From: Abditibacteriaceae bacterium
GTDB taxonomy: Bacteria > Armatimonadota > Abditibacteriia > Abditibacteriales > Abditibacteriaceae
Direction of reading: 5' to 3'
Assembly (NCBI GenBank): GCA_031372065.1
Contig: JANMKN010000311.1
Coordinates: 1-27,072, forward strand
DNA: 27,072 bases
Of the stretch, positions 9,501 through 17,031 are shown piece by piece (position 1 is the stretch's first letter; every line of letters starts with the position of its first letter). The notes below the pieces were generated by a model. That model had not been told where the DNA came from. It made no database searches and saw nothing but the letters and a program-made list of their open reading frames with translations. Position numbers and translations under genes: made by a program.

Positions 9501-10217
9501 TTTGCTCCGATTGGCACCTTGTTAGAAGTAGAAAACGATGTCTCTCCGACTGGGTTTGCCAATCCTGTGCGCAACGGAGATTTGCATCAACTTGAATTGG
9601 ATGCCGAGCATTATTATGGCCGAGGCGGTTTGGCGAAGTTATTTATGTTCCACACGACGGGCCGTAATGTAACATATGATTTCAGCCAGTTTATCAATAC
9701 CTCTGACTTGGCTCGCAGCGGCGCACCAATTCCCAATGCTCTCGAATTTGACAATCTACGACGTAGCGGTATAGGATTACGAATCGAACAACAGATTCGG
9801 CATGGCTTGTTTTTTCAGGCAGCGCATACACACAGCCGAACAACAGGCGCCGCCACTTTGTTTGATCCGCAAACGGGTGATTTGATACCAGCGATTTACA
9901 ACGGACAAGCAGCGCCTTATCATCCCAATGACATTTCATCGCTGGGTTTGCAATATATAGCGCCTACAGGTTTGAAAATGGGGGCTAACCTCAAATATTC
10001 TGGGGCTTATTTTGCTGATTTAAATGATCCTGCCGCAACAACAAGGCCACGCGTTGGCGGCTCAACAACCGTAGACTTCCTGCTGGCTCACGAACCCTCG
10101 CCGCGTGCCGAATTATTTCTTCAGGTGTTAAACGCATTCGACAAACGCCGCTTTGTTTTCAATGGCGTTCCGTTGCAGGGACGGCGCATAATATTGGGAG
10201 CGACGAGGCGTTTTTAA
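6525..10217 (+). CDS. NsrA-like outer-membrane signalling receptor: signal peptide + FecR domain + long TPR array + TonB-dependent-receptor-like beta-barrel
   Basis: Start ATG 6525 chosen from the AGGAG RBS. FecR motifs GDIVSTGANGRANLLFNDGS and VRGTEF...LTVLDGTV. Many TPRs, e.g. ALADYRRALELNP. C-terminus VLNAFDKR...GRRIILGATRRF matches the TBDR terminal strand ending in Phe. No plug or TonB box recognised. Confidence 0.85.
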   Translation: MRLRKALFSLWFLLVCVLVCHQAAFCAPAATATVLAASGTLNVQRIGQKQVVALPVRAALHNGDIVSTGANGRANLLFNDGSRAILRENSRLEITSPAVPKQGTSLFRALLGGIWSRLRPGRGAKTVFTNLVVRGTEFYIDVAADGTTTLTVLDGTVDFSNKFGAVAVNAAQQSVAEPGKAPTIPITIATPGLIVEWTQDIDFAAVPREKFWTTSDNTVALRNSTQLRAANANAMQIGEALFDAGDAQGALAQFAAPDANSQLHRGYALLKLARLDEAETSFRGAVADGAFAEAARVGLAWTMLERNKPQQARDFAAPVVQANGANSEARIALAVALMRSPQVEGQDNLQAAVDQLKAATTGAENWRYQAHAWLAAAYLAQGKTEEAQREAESAAQMAPSSILAQSQLAQVSFFNNQTAQALRAAKRVAALDNESPGGQMALAQANLAAGRIDDAASAAARAVALDSKSPQANYLLGVADAARRDYRHAISSLRTSLQLAPEFYPALNALARVYVRAGREKEASTLLAQYENRPENAQILAARGEYYYNTGQYKKALADYRRALELNPGSALTWANAARTAIDDNQLSEAISAGQQAVKLAPDVGAYHSILGLAYRFSRLQGQAERSYRTALTLDPNNALALVELGFLQNDGDPRITERTNTLAFLQGFLLDPAISSELLRRGQTTEITPQGGPDNQRYAGMHRVTGKDGNFNFHLQGFSSKDDGDVPNAKFNRAVIQQNSTYQANARTTVFSHYLQRRDTFGLAGSLANSVNDDRGDFGFHEGVIATRYRFGSANLWAGVFASSQKENRLNPNGDYSFIVPLRGGLSLNAPALQVQTKSDTFSPELRFDYTLGNNPGRPRLLTLGYARPNTQTDVTSNLSVPPRNPSRPPLAGTLFQTLDSPVRRLYMQWDGRINENFSLTAQVRHERQAQLFTQKGKLIQGGFELPLDTDPQSSAPSRILPSLIANYRSGRSNNFRFMAKRRMTDFTSSVFAPIGTLLEVENDVSPTGFANPVRNGDLHQLELDAEHYYGRGGLAKLFMFHTTGRNVTYDFSQFINTSDLARSGAPIPNALEFDNLRRSGIGLRIEQQIRHGLFFQAAHTHSRTTGAATLFDPQTGDLIPAIYNGQAAPYHPNDISSLGLQYIAPTGLKMGANLKYSGAYFADLNDPAATTRPRVGGSTTVDFLLAHEPSPRAELFLQVLNAFDKRRFVFNGVPLQGRRIILGATRRF

Positions 10218-10229
10218 TCCGATGCAATA

Positions 10230-10265
10230 GAAAAGGCACAGCATATAAAAATGCTGTGCCTTTTC
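10230..10265. terminator. Bidirectional intrinsic terminator between convergent genes
   Basis: GAAAAGGCACAGCAT-ATAAAA-ATGCTGTGCCTTTTC: perfect 15-bp stem with A/T tails on both sides. Confidence 0.85.
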
Positions 10266-10283
10266 CTTATTGGGTGCCCTTTG

Positions 10284-11477
10284 CTACTTGATTAGGTTGT
10301 AGCATTTTGCGGTGACATCACACGTCACAGCAGGCCATGTGTGCGTGTAAACGGTGGTGTTGTGGATTTTGGTGGTAAATCCATTAGCCCCGTTAATGCT
10401 ATCTGCAATAATCATATTAAAGGTTTCACCAGTCGCAGGAAAGCCGGGAGAAGTAGTTGTGTTCACTGTAACTTTAGCACCGTTAATGGTCAATGTGCCT
10501 CCGACATCAAGATGACCATAATTACTGGCATTAATGTATTCAACAACTTGTCCTGTGGAGTTACCCAAATTTCCTGTCACTGTGATAACGCCAGTTGGCT
10601 GACTGGAAGTCACGAAAAAGTCCAAAGCGTTAATTGAATTGGAATTGCGAGATATCGGCATGAAAACAGGCCTGAATTCAGGATCGTTTAAGATGATTAT
10701 GCCATCGTTGGTTACATCACCATGAATTACCCCAAAACCTGTGATGACGCCGTTCACCTCTCTCCCGTCAGGAAGAACAGAATGCTTATTCATCGCTTTG
10801 AAACCAGCATTTTTATAATCCTTTTTGTTTCTGGAGGCTTTGGGATTAGCCAGTATCAATTGCCCATAATTGTCGAAATTTCCGGTTCCATCAACATTGC
10901 CTTCGTAAAATAAAGTTAGGCCCCGGTTTAAAAACTTATTTACTTTTATTGATTTGGTGTCGCCTCCTGTAAAAACCGCAAATGCACCTTCGTGAATTTC
11001 AATGGCATCTGCTTCGATGTCACTACTGCTATCCACTGTCAAAATGGCTTTTTGGTTGCGTCCGGGCTTAAGTATGATTTTACCTTTGCCTTTAATCTTG
11101 GCTTGAGAAATCTTCAGATTTCCGTTCCGAACCTCAATGCTGCAATTGTCACAGATGGCATTATCAAGCCCATCTACGTTTAATTCTTCACCCGCTTCGA
11201 TGATAAGATCGTTTTTTCCGTTCGCATCGGGCAACTTAACCGCTTTGCGTAATACCGCCTTGGGTTGAAATTTGGCAAAATCGCCAACCCTGTCCAAGAG
11301 GCTGGAAAGCAAGGGACTACCATTAACATTCAATGTGGATGGAATGTTTGAAGCGGAACGGCTTTGAGCTAAACAAGGCCGCGATATGTCACATAACACC
11401 CCGCTGACCAACATAAAAGTCATTGCGACACCCACGACAGGAAGGCGGTTTGAACGGATCGGCGATACCTTTGACAT
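10284..11477 (-). CDS. Secreted autotransporter-passenger-like beta-helix protein lacking a translocator or sorting domain
   Basis: Start ATG 11477 preceded by AAGGGG RBS. Signal-peptide-like N-terminus (..PCLA/QS). G/N/T-rich strands ITGFGVIHGDVTNDG, GVITVTGNL, GHLDVGGTLTING, PATGETFNMI. Ends TCDVTAKCYNLIK. Low GC (35% in 10801-10860). Confidence 0.7.
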   Translation of the reverse strand: MSKVSPIRSNRLPVVGVAMTFMLVSGVLCDISRPCLAQSRSASNIPSTLNVNGSPLLSSLLDRVGDFAKFQPKAVLRKAVKLPDANGKNDLIIEAGEELNVDGLDNAICDNCSIEVRNGNLKISQAKIKGKGKIILKPGRNQKAILTVDSSSDIEADAIEIHEGAFAVFTGGDTKSIKVNKFLNRGLTLFYEGNVDGTGNFDNYGQLILANPKASRNKKDYKNAGFKAMNKHSVLPDGREVNGVITGFGVIHGDVTNDGIIILNDPEFRPVFMPISRNSNSINALDFFVTSSQPTGVITVTGNLGNSTGQVVEYINASNYGHLDVGGTLTINGAKVTVNTTTSPGFPATGETFNMIIADSINGANGFTTKIHNTTVYTHTWPAVTCDVTAKCYNLIK

Positions 11478-11602
11478 TGTGATTCCCCTTAAACGTGATG
11501 GATTTGCGATCAATACGCTCACTTTGAGCTACGATCGTCGCAGAAATTATAACGCATTTTCTGTGAAAGGTGTTATTATTTGAGAAGGAAAATATTCTGC
11601 TC

Positions 11603-13567
11603 ATGTGGAAACTCAAAAGTGACAATGAACCGGCCTCGTTGAAGCAAAGATGGCAAAAGGTGCGGCGGCGGGCGTTGATTCATACGGCGCTTATCGCTTT
11701 GGGTTTGGGCTTTGGCTTTTATTTTCTGGGCAGCAGTCAGATTGCGCTGTTGGAACGGCAAGCCTTCGGATTAAAATCGCATTTGTTTGCCATTTGGCAT
11801 CAAGAGGCGTTTAAGGCGGCGCGTGACAAAATTGTGCTGGTCACCCTTGATGAAAACACGCTGAAGTCGGATTTATTCAAAGAAAAAGTGACTTCGCCGT
11901 TGCCGCGCCGTTATCACGCGCGCGTTATCCGCGAGCTAAAACGTTTGGGTGCCAGAGGCATTGTTTTCGACCTTGCTTTCGATGAGGCTACCACCGATGA
12001 CGTGCCGTTAATTGAGGCGGCGCGCGATTTTAAGCGCATTGTCTGGGCGACATACTGGCAACCGGAGACGGCTGATTTGCGCGCTAAAATGGTTTTTCCA
12101 ATTCCGGCGCTGGCGAAAATCGGCCTTTGCGGCCATCCGCGCATTCCCAATTCCAGCGACAGTTTTGAAGATGAAGCGCATCCTAATACTGACCGCATGG
12201 AAGTCTTTGTGCCGACAGAACGCGGCCCTTTAGCTGCCTTAAGTGTGCAAGCCGCGCGATTGATAACCAAAGAGCCAGCGAAACTCGAAGAAAGCGCTGG
12301 CATTTTAAAACTGGGCACCCGCCGTTTGTCTTTGGACGAAAACGGCGAATTTCGCATTATTTTTTCCGCCGCGCCCAAAGAAGGATTTCCTTTTATTCCT
12401 TACGAAGAAGTGTGGAATGGCGTGCAAAATAATGTCGCTTTGAGCGATGGAACGCTTTTTAAGGATCGCATCGTCTTTATTGGTGATACCTCCGAACTCA
12501 ACAAGGATATCGGTTACACGCCCAATGGGCGCATGAGTGGCGTGGAAATTCATGCTCATGCTCTGGCGACGTTGCTGCAAAATAATCTGGTGCATGATGC
12601 AAGGCCCTCGTTCAATGGCGCGCTGGTTATCCTGATGGTTATTGGTTTTTGGGTCATCACTTTATTGGTGCCGATGCGCTTTTACTTGCCCACAGTAGGC
12701 GTGTCGGTGCTGGCTTTTACGGCGTTCAATCTGTGGGTGTTTCTCGCTGACAGTCTGAATATCGCTTTGGTGGCGCCCGCCGCAAGTGCGCTCCTCATTT
12801 CGCTGCTGGTTCTCTCGGAACGCGGTTGGACAACCGAAGGCGAAAGCCGCCGACTGAATACGGTTTTGGATCAGTATGTTAGCCCGCAAGTGGCGCAAAG
12901 TGGCGCGCCGCGCGGCGAAGTGACGCTGGTATTCACCGATATAGAAGGCTCGTCGGCGATGAGCGAAAAATTTGGCGCGGCGTTTGAAAGGGCGCGCGAC
13001 GCGCATTTTGAATTGCTGCGCGAGGCGGCCAAGAAATGGAATGGTTTTGAAGTGGAAACAGCGGGCGATAGTTTGTTTGTGGTTTTTGCTGACTCCGCCG
13101 ATGCTGTGCGGTTTGCGGTTTCTGGACAGTTGGCTTTAAAAAATCATCGCTGGCCTTCGTTTTTGCGCGAACAGCATGGCGATGACAAAAAATGGAGCGG
13201 CGGCGATTTGCCAGTGCGAATGGGAATCCATACAGGCAGGCCGTTTATTCGTCTTGATCGCAATCGCCTGACTTATCGCGGCCCGGCGACGAATCGTGCC
13301 TCGCGGGTTATGGGCGCCGGGCACGGCGGGCAGATTTTACTCTCGCAAACGGCCAGAGAAAAAGTCGGCGAATCGTTAAAAGCCGATTCCCAATTTGCCG
13401 GTGTGTGGTATTTAAAGCGCGGCGAGTATCAATTTAAAGGCATCGGTCAGGAAAGTTTATGGGAAGCCTGCCATGCCGATATATTCGACCCGCCGCCTCG
13501 CCCTTTGCGTGATGAAATCGTGGGAAGTCTCCAAAATTCAGAAAATCCAGTGACGCTGGATGATTGA
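11603..13567 (+). CDS. CHASE2 sensor + TM helices + class III nucleotidyl cyclase
   Basis: CHASE2 motifs IVLVTLDENTL, PRRYHARVI..L...GARGIVFDLAF, FKDRIVFIG, TPNGRMSGVEIHAHALATLL. Three TM helices follow. Cyclase motifs FTDIEGS, ETAGDS, MGIHTG, GPATNRASR. Start uncertain (ATG 11603 vs GTG 11570). Confidence 0.92.
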   Translation: MWKLKSDNEPASLKQRWQKVRRRALIHTALIALGLGFGFYFLGSSQIALLERQAFGLKSHLFAIWHQEAFKAARDKIVLVTLDENTLKSDLFKEKVTSPLPRRYHARVIRELKRLGARGIVFDLAFDEATTDDVPLIEAARDFKRIVWATYWQPETADLRAKMVFPIPALAKIGLCGHPRIPNSSDSFEDEAHPNTDRMEVFVPTERGPLAALSVQAARLITKEPAKLEESAGILKLGTRRLSLDENGEFRIIFSAAPKEGFPFIPYEEVWNGVQNNVALSDGTLFKDRIVFIGDTSELNKDIGYTPNGRMSGVEIHAHALATLLQNNLVHDARPSFNGALVILMVIGFWVITLLVPMRFYLPTVGVSVLAFTAFNLWVFLADSLNIALVAPAASALLISLLVLSERGWTTEGESRRLNTVLDQYVSPQVAQSGAPRGEVTLVFTDIEGSSAMSEKFGAAFERARDAHFELLREAAKKWNGFEVETAGDSLFVVFADSADAVRFAVSGQLALKNHRWPSFLREQHGDDKKWSGGDLPVRMGIHTGRPFIRLDRNRLTYRGPATNRASRVMGAGHGGQILLSQTAREKVGESLKADSQFAGVWYLKRGEYQFKGIGQESLWEACHADIFDPPPRPLRDEIVGSLQNSENPVTLDD

Positions 13568-13603
13568 TTCTCTGAAAGAGGTCAAGAACGCCCGCTTGAG
13601 TGT

Positions 13604-13632
13604 TTGACGGCGCTGGTGCTTTTGGGGACAAT
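13604..13632 (+). promoter_or_regulatory. Sigma70-type promoter of the DUF5693-csaB operon
   Basis: TTGACG (13604-13609), 17-nt spacer, GACAAT (13627-13632). The implied start site near 13639 favours the TTG 13684 start with GAGGT RBS at 13671-13675. Confidence 0.6.
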
Positions 13633-13683
13633 TGAATGCGGCTTTTGCACCAAACATTTCCCTTTGGGTTGAGGTATTTCAGG

Positions 13684-16038
13684 TTGAACATTTTTACGCA
13701 TCCACGTTTTCGCGTGGGCTGGCTTCTTATTGCTGTCTCAACGATTAGCTCGTTGGGTTGGACACTGGTGCGTTGGGCCTATGAAAATACGCTGACCGCC
13801 GCGCAGATTACAGTAGATTATGACGACACCAAAACTATGGCCGATGCCTATCAGGTGTCGCACACCGCTTTATTAAAGCGATTGCAGCAAAACGGCGTGT
13901 CCAGCGTGGCGATTTATCAACTTTCGCTGGCGAACCTGCGCGATAACGGCCTTATTGTCATTCAAAGTCGCGCCGAAGCGGAAGAATCTTATCCCAACCT
14001 AAACTGGAAAAAGTATCCGCTCGCCTATCGCTATTTAGTGACGGCCAACGCTGGCAACAGCGAAATGTTGCCGCAGATTTACGAGCATCTCAAAGAGCAA
14101 GCACAACCGAGTTTGCGACCGAAAATTCTTTTGTTGCGAGCCTCGCAACTGACTGATGTAAAGGCAGGCAAGAAAGCGCAGTTGCCGCTTTCTGGTCTCT
14201 TGATTCCCGCTTCGCGTCAAATCCTTTACGATGCCCGCGTGGGCTTTGATATTTCACAGGTCGCTACTATCAAAGCGGCTGGTTTAAGTGTGGTGGCGCG
14301 CTTGCCAAACACCTTGAACATGAATTTTGATCGTCTATGCCATCGCTTAGACGAAGCAAAAGCCGTCGGCGCGCATCTCATTATTTTTGCAGAAGACGAA
14401 GTGTTGGGTTACCAAACCCTGATTCCGATGGTGTCGCGCGAATTGAAAAAACGCGATATGGTTTTCGGTGCTATTGAGTTTTCCAAGCAGCGCGGTTTGG
14501 AAGACATGATGAAACGCAGCGATGGAATGCTGGTGCGCGTGCATAGTGTTTCGGGCGATGAAGCCGCTAAAGCCAAACGCGAAGTGTTGGTCGAACGCTA
14601 TGTGCGCGCTATCAAAGAACGGAATATTCGTGTGGCTTATGTTCGTTTGTTTCCTCAGTTTAAAGGCGAATGGGAAATCGAACCTAAAGTTCAGGCTTCC
14701 AAAGAAGGAATGGTGCAAGTCGCCCCCGACAAGGCCGAAACCGCATTGAGCATCCTCAAGAAAGAAGACGCTCTCACGCAAAATATCAGCATTATCCAAC
14801 AGATTTCCAGAGAATTAAAGCGCCCCCCGCTGCCGTTTGCCACCTTTTTGCGTCCCGGCATGATTATGGCCGAAGCACAGTCCTTTCGCGATTTTCCTGC
14901 CGCTTATTTAAGCCGTGATCGCGTTGATGCGGAAGATTCCAAAATTCTCCTTTATTGCATGAGATTTTTTGGCGGACTGGGCGCGGTGGGCGCCTTTCTG
15001 CTGCTGCTGCAATTGCTATGTGATATATCGCACCGCCAGCATTGGATGATTCTCATGCTGGGTGTGATCGCCTGTGCCGCGTTGGCTGTGTCCGCTGGTA
15101 TTGGTGCCAGATTGCTGGCTTTGGGCGTGGGAACTTTAATGACCCCGGTGGCCCTCTTGTGGGGCGGTCTGGCAGATGCTTGGGACACATGGCGAACCGA
15201 AGAAGCCGATTCGCCAGATTCATTTGCCGCAGAGATTTCACGCCCGGCGATTTTGCGCGCCGGTTTTTCGGCGTTAATTTGCACTTCGCTCTTGACCTTG
15301 TGCGGCGGCTTGATGACGGTAGCTTTGCTCAACAGGTGGACTTACATGAGCAAAGCCGATGAATATCTTGGTGAAAAGGCGACGCAGCTTTTTCCGTTGC
15401 TTTTAGTCAGTGTAATAATGGCGGGCAAGATATTTCCGCGCCGCGTTTTGCAGCATGGTGCTTTGGCCGCGCGCCAAAAAGCGATGGCGCAAGTGCGCTC
15501 GTTTTTGGACAGTCCGTTCACTGTTCGTTATCTGGTCATCGGGCTGGGCGTGCTTATGGCCGGTTTTATCTGGATTGCGCGCACCGGCAACGATAGTGGC
15601 ATGGATATTTCGCCTTTGGAACTCAAAATGCGCGCTGTGCTGGAAACCACTTTGATAACGCGGCCTCGCACCAAAGAATTGTTCATCGGCAATCCGGCGC
15701 TGATTTTAGCGGTATATTTTGCCATGAAGCGCCGTTGGAGTTTGTTTTTAGGCGCGGCTTTGGCGGCGACAATCGGGCAGGCCGATTTGTATAACACGAT
15801 GTGCCATATTCACACGCCGTTGTTTTACTCGCTGTTGCGGTCATTTCATGCGGTGTGGATTGGTGGCATTTTAGGTTGGCTGGCAGTCATAGCCTTCGAT
15901 TTTTGGATGAAACATTTCGTGCCACGACCACCCAATAATTGGAAGGCAAATGAGTCTTCTAATGTTTCCCGCGTTGTCAAAGCGTTGCCGGAACCTGCGG
16001 GGAACAAGGCCGATGATGGGGCTGAATCTCCAGCCTAA
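13684..16038 (+). CDS. DUF5693-like membrane protein (csaB-associated cell-envelope protein)
   Basis: N-terminal TM, large soluble domain (FAEDEVLGY, IEFSKQRG, VRVHS, RAIKERNIR), then a multi-TM C-terminus with RTGN, RPRTKELFIGNP, IGQ and NTMCHIHTP. csaB lies in the same operon. Confidence 0.8.
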   Translation: MNIFTHPRFRVGWLLIAVSTISSLGWTLVRWAYENTLTAAQITVDYDDTKTMADAYQVSHTALLKRLQQNGVSSVAIYQLSLANLRDNGLIVIQSRAEAEESYPNLNWKKYPLAYRYLVTANAGNSEMLPQIYEHLKEQAQPSLRPKILLLRASQLTDVKAGKKAQLPLSGLLIPASRQILYDARVGFDISQVATIKAAGLSVVARLPNTLNMNFDRLCHRLDEAKAVGAHLIIFAEDEVLGYQTLIPMVSRELKKRDMVFGAIEFSKQRGLEDMMKRSDGMLVRVHSVSGDEAAKAKREVLVERYVRAIKERNIRVAYVRLFPQFKGEWEIEPKVQASKEGMVQVAPDKAETALSILKKEDALTQNISIIQQISRELKRPPLPFATFLRPGMIMAEAQSFRDFPAAYLSRDRVDAEDSKILLYCMRFFGGLGAVGAFLLLLQLLCDISHRQHWMILMLGVIACAALAVSAGIGARLLALGVGTLMTPVALLWGGLADAWDTWRTEEADSPDSFAAEISRPAILRAGFSALICTSLLTLCGGLMTVALLNRWTYMSKADEYLGEKATQLFPLLLVSVIMAGKIFPRRVLQHGALAARQKAMAQVRSFLDSPFTVRYLVIGLGVLMAGFIWIARTGNDSGMDISPLELKMRAVLETTLITRPRTKELFIGNPALILAVYFAMKRRWSLFLGAALAATIGQADLYNTMCHIHTPLFYSLLRSFHAVWIGGILGWLAVIAFDFWMKHFVPRPPNNWKANESSNVSRVVKALPEPAGNKADDGAESPA

Positions 16039-16067
16039 GTTTCGCTTCGTAGAATTTCGGCGCAATT

Positions 16068-16994
16068 ATGAGCTTTTTGCTGGTGGTAGATGACAACGAT
16101 GACTTGCGTATGGTGGTCGCGCATATGCTGCGGCTGGCTGGACACGAAGTCATGGAGGCATCTGATGGCAAAGCAGCCTTGGCTGCCATCGAAAATCGTG
16201 AACCCGATCTGCTGGTTTTAGATTTGTGGATGCCGCACATGAGCGGCCTCGAACTGTGCGCCTTGCTGAAAAGCAATCCTTTTACGGCGCGCATTCCAGT
16301 TCTAATGCTGACCGCGCAAAGCGATTTAGCCCATAAGATTCAAGGTTTTCAAGCCGGCGCCGACGATTATCTGCCCAAGCCCTTTGAACCCTTGGAATTG
16401 AAAGCACGCGTGCAAGCGCTTTTGCGTTTGGTGCAGCGCGAAAGCCAGCGCAATCCATCCAGCGGTCTGCCCGGCGGACGCGCCATTGAAGAAGAGATTG
16501 CCCGTCGCGTAAATGCAACCAATGGCGCCGCGTTTGGCGTGATTTATTTCGATCTCGACCACTTTAAACCCTACGCGGATACCTTTGGTTTTGCCGTCGC
16601 CGATGCCACTATTACGGCCACCGGCGAAGCGTTGCGGCGCGCGTTGGAGCGTAGCGGCGTGCCAAGCGATTTTGCCGGACACATTGGCGGCGATGATTTT
16701 ATTGTTGTTACTTCGACTGAGACCGCCGCAAAGGTCGCTGAAGCGGCGGCTCAAGAGTTTCAAGCGGCTGTTGCGGCCATTGTAGGCAGCGAAACAGCCT
16801 CAAAGGGCGTTTTTCGCTCGCAAGATCGCGAAGGGCGCGAGCGTGAATTTTCTTTAGCGCGAATGTCTGCCGTGATTTTGTTGGTCGAACCTGAAAAGTA
16901 TCAATCGCTGACACATTTGGGGCGCCGCGCTGCCGAATTAAAGCAACAAATAAAATCGCAAGGCTCCGGCTCCATCATTGTGATGCCGTTGTGA
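16068..16994 (+). CDS. Response regulator receiver + GGDEF-family domain (GGDDF variant)
   Basis: REC: LLVVDD, LDLWMPHMSG, GADDYLPKPF. Output domain: SGLPG, DLDHFK, GHIGGDDF. Confidence 0.9.
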   Translation: MSFLLVVDDNDDLRMVVAHMLRLAGHEVMEASDGKAALAAIENREPDLLVLDLWMPHMSGLELCALLKSNPFTARIPVLMLTAQSDLAHKIQGFQAGADDYLPKPFEPLELKARVQALLRLVQRESQRNPSSGLPGGRAIEEEIARRVNATNGAAFGVIYFDLDHFKPYADTFGFAVADATITATGEALRRALERSGVPSDFAGHIGGDDFIVVTSTETAAKVAEAAAQEFQAAVAAIVGSETASKGVFRSQDREGREREFSLARMSAVILLVEPEKYQSLTHLGRRAAELKQQIKSQGSGSIIVMPL

Positions 16995-17031
16995 CTTGTG
17001 GTGCTGTTGTAACTTAAGGAAGCTGAATATT

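Noticed and set aside
6525..10217. Ordinary TonB-dependent iron transporter with FecIR control
   Set aside because: No plug or TonB box recognised and no ECF sigma adjacent; FecR and TPRs are fused to the barrel.
11478..11602. CRP/Clr-type site in the divergent promoter region
   Set aside because: Only half-sites (TGTGA, CGTGA, TGCGA) with no properly spaced TCACA partner.
13636..13683. ATG 13636 as start of the DUF5693-like gene
   Set aside because: It lies 3 nt after the predicted -10 box with no RBS; TTG 13684 has a GAGGT RBS.
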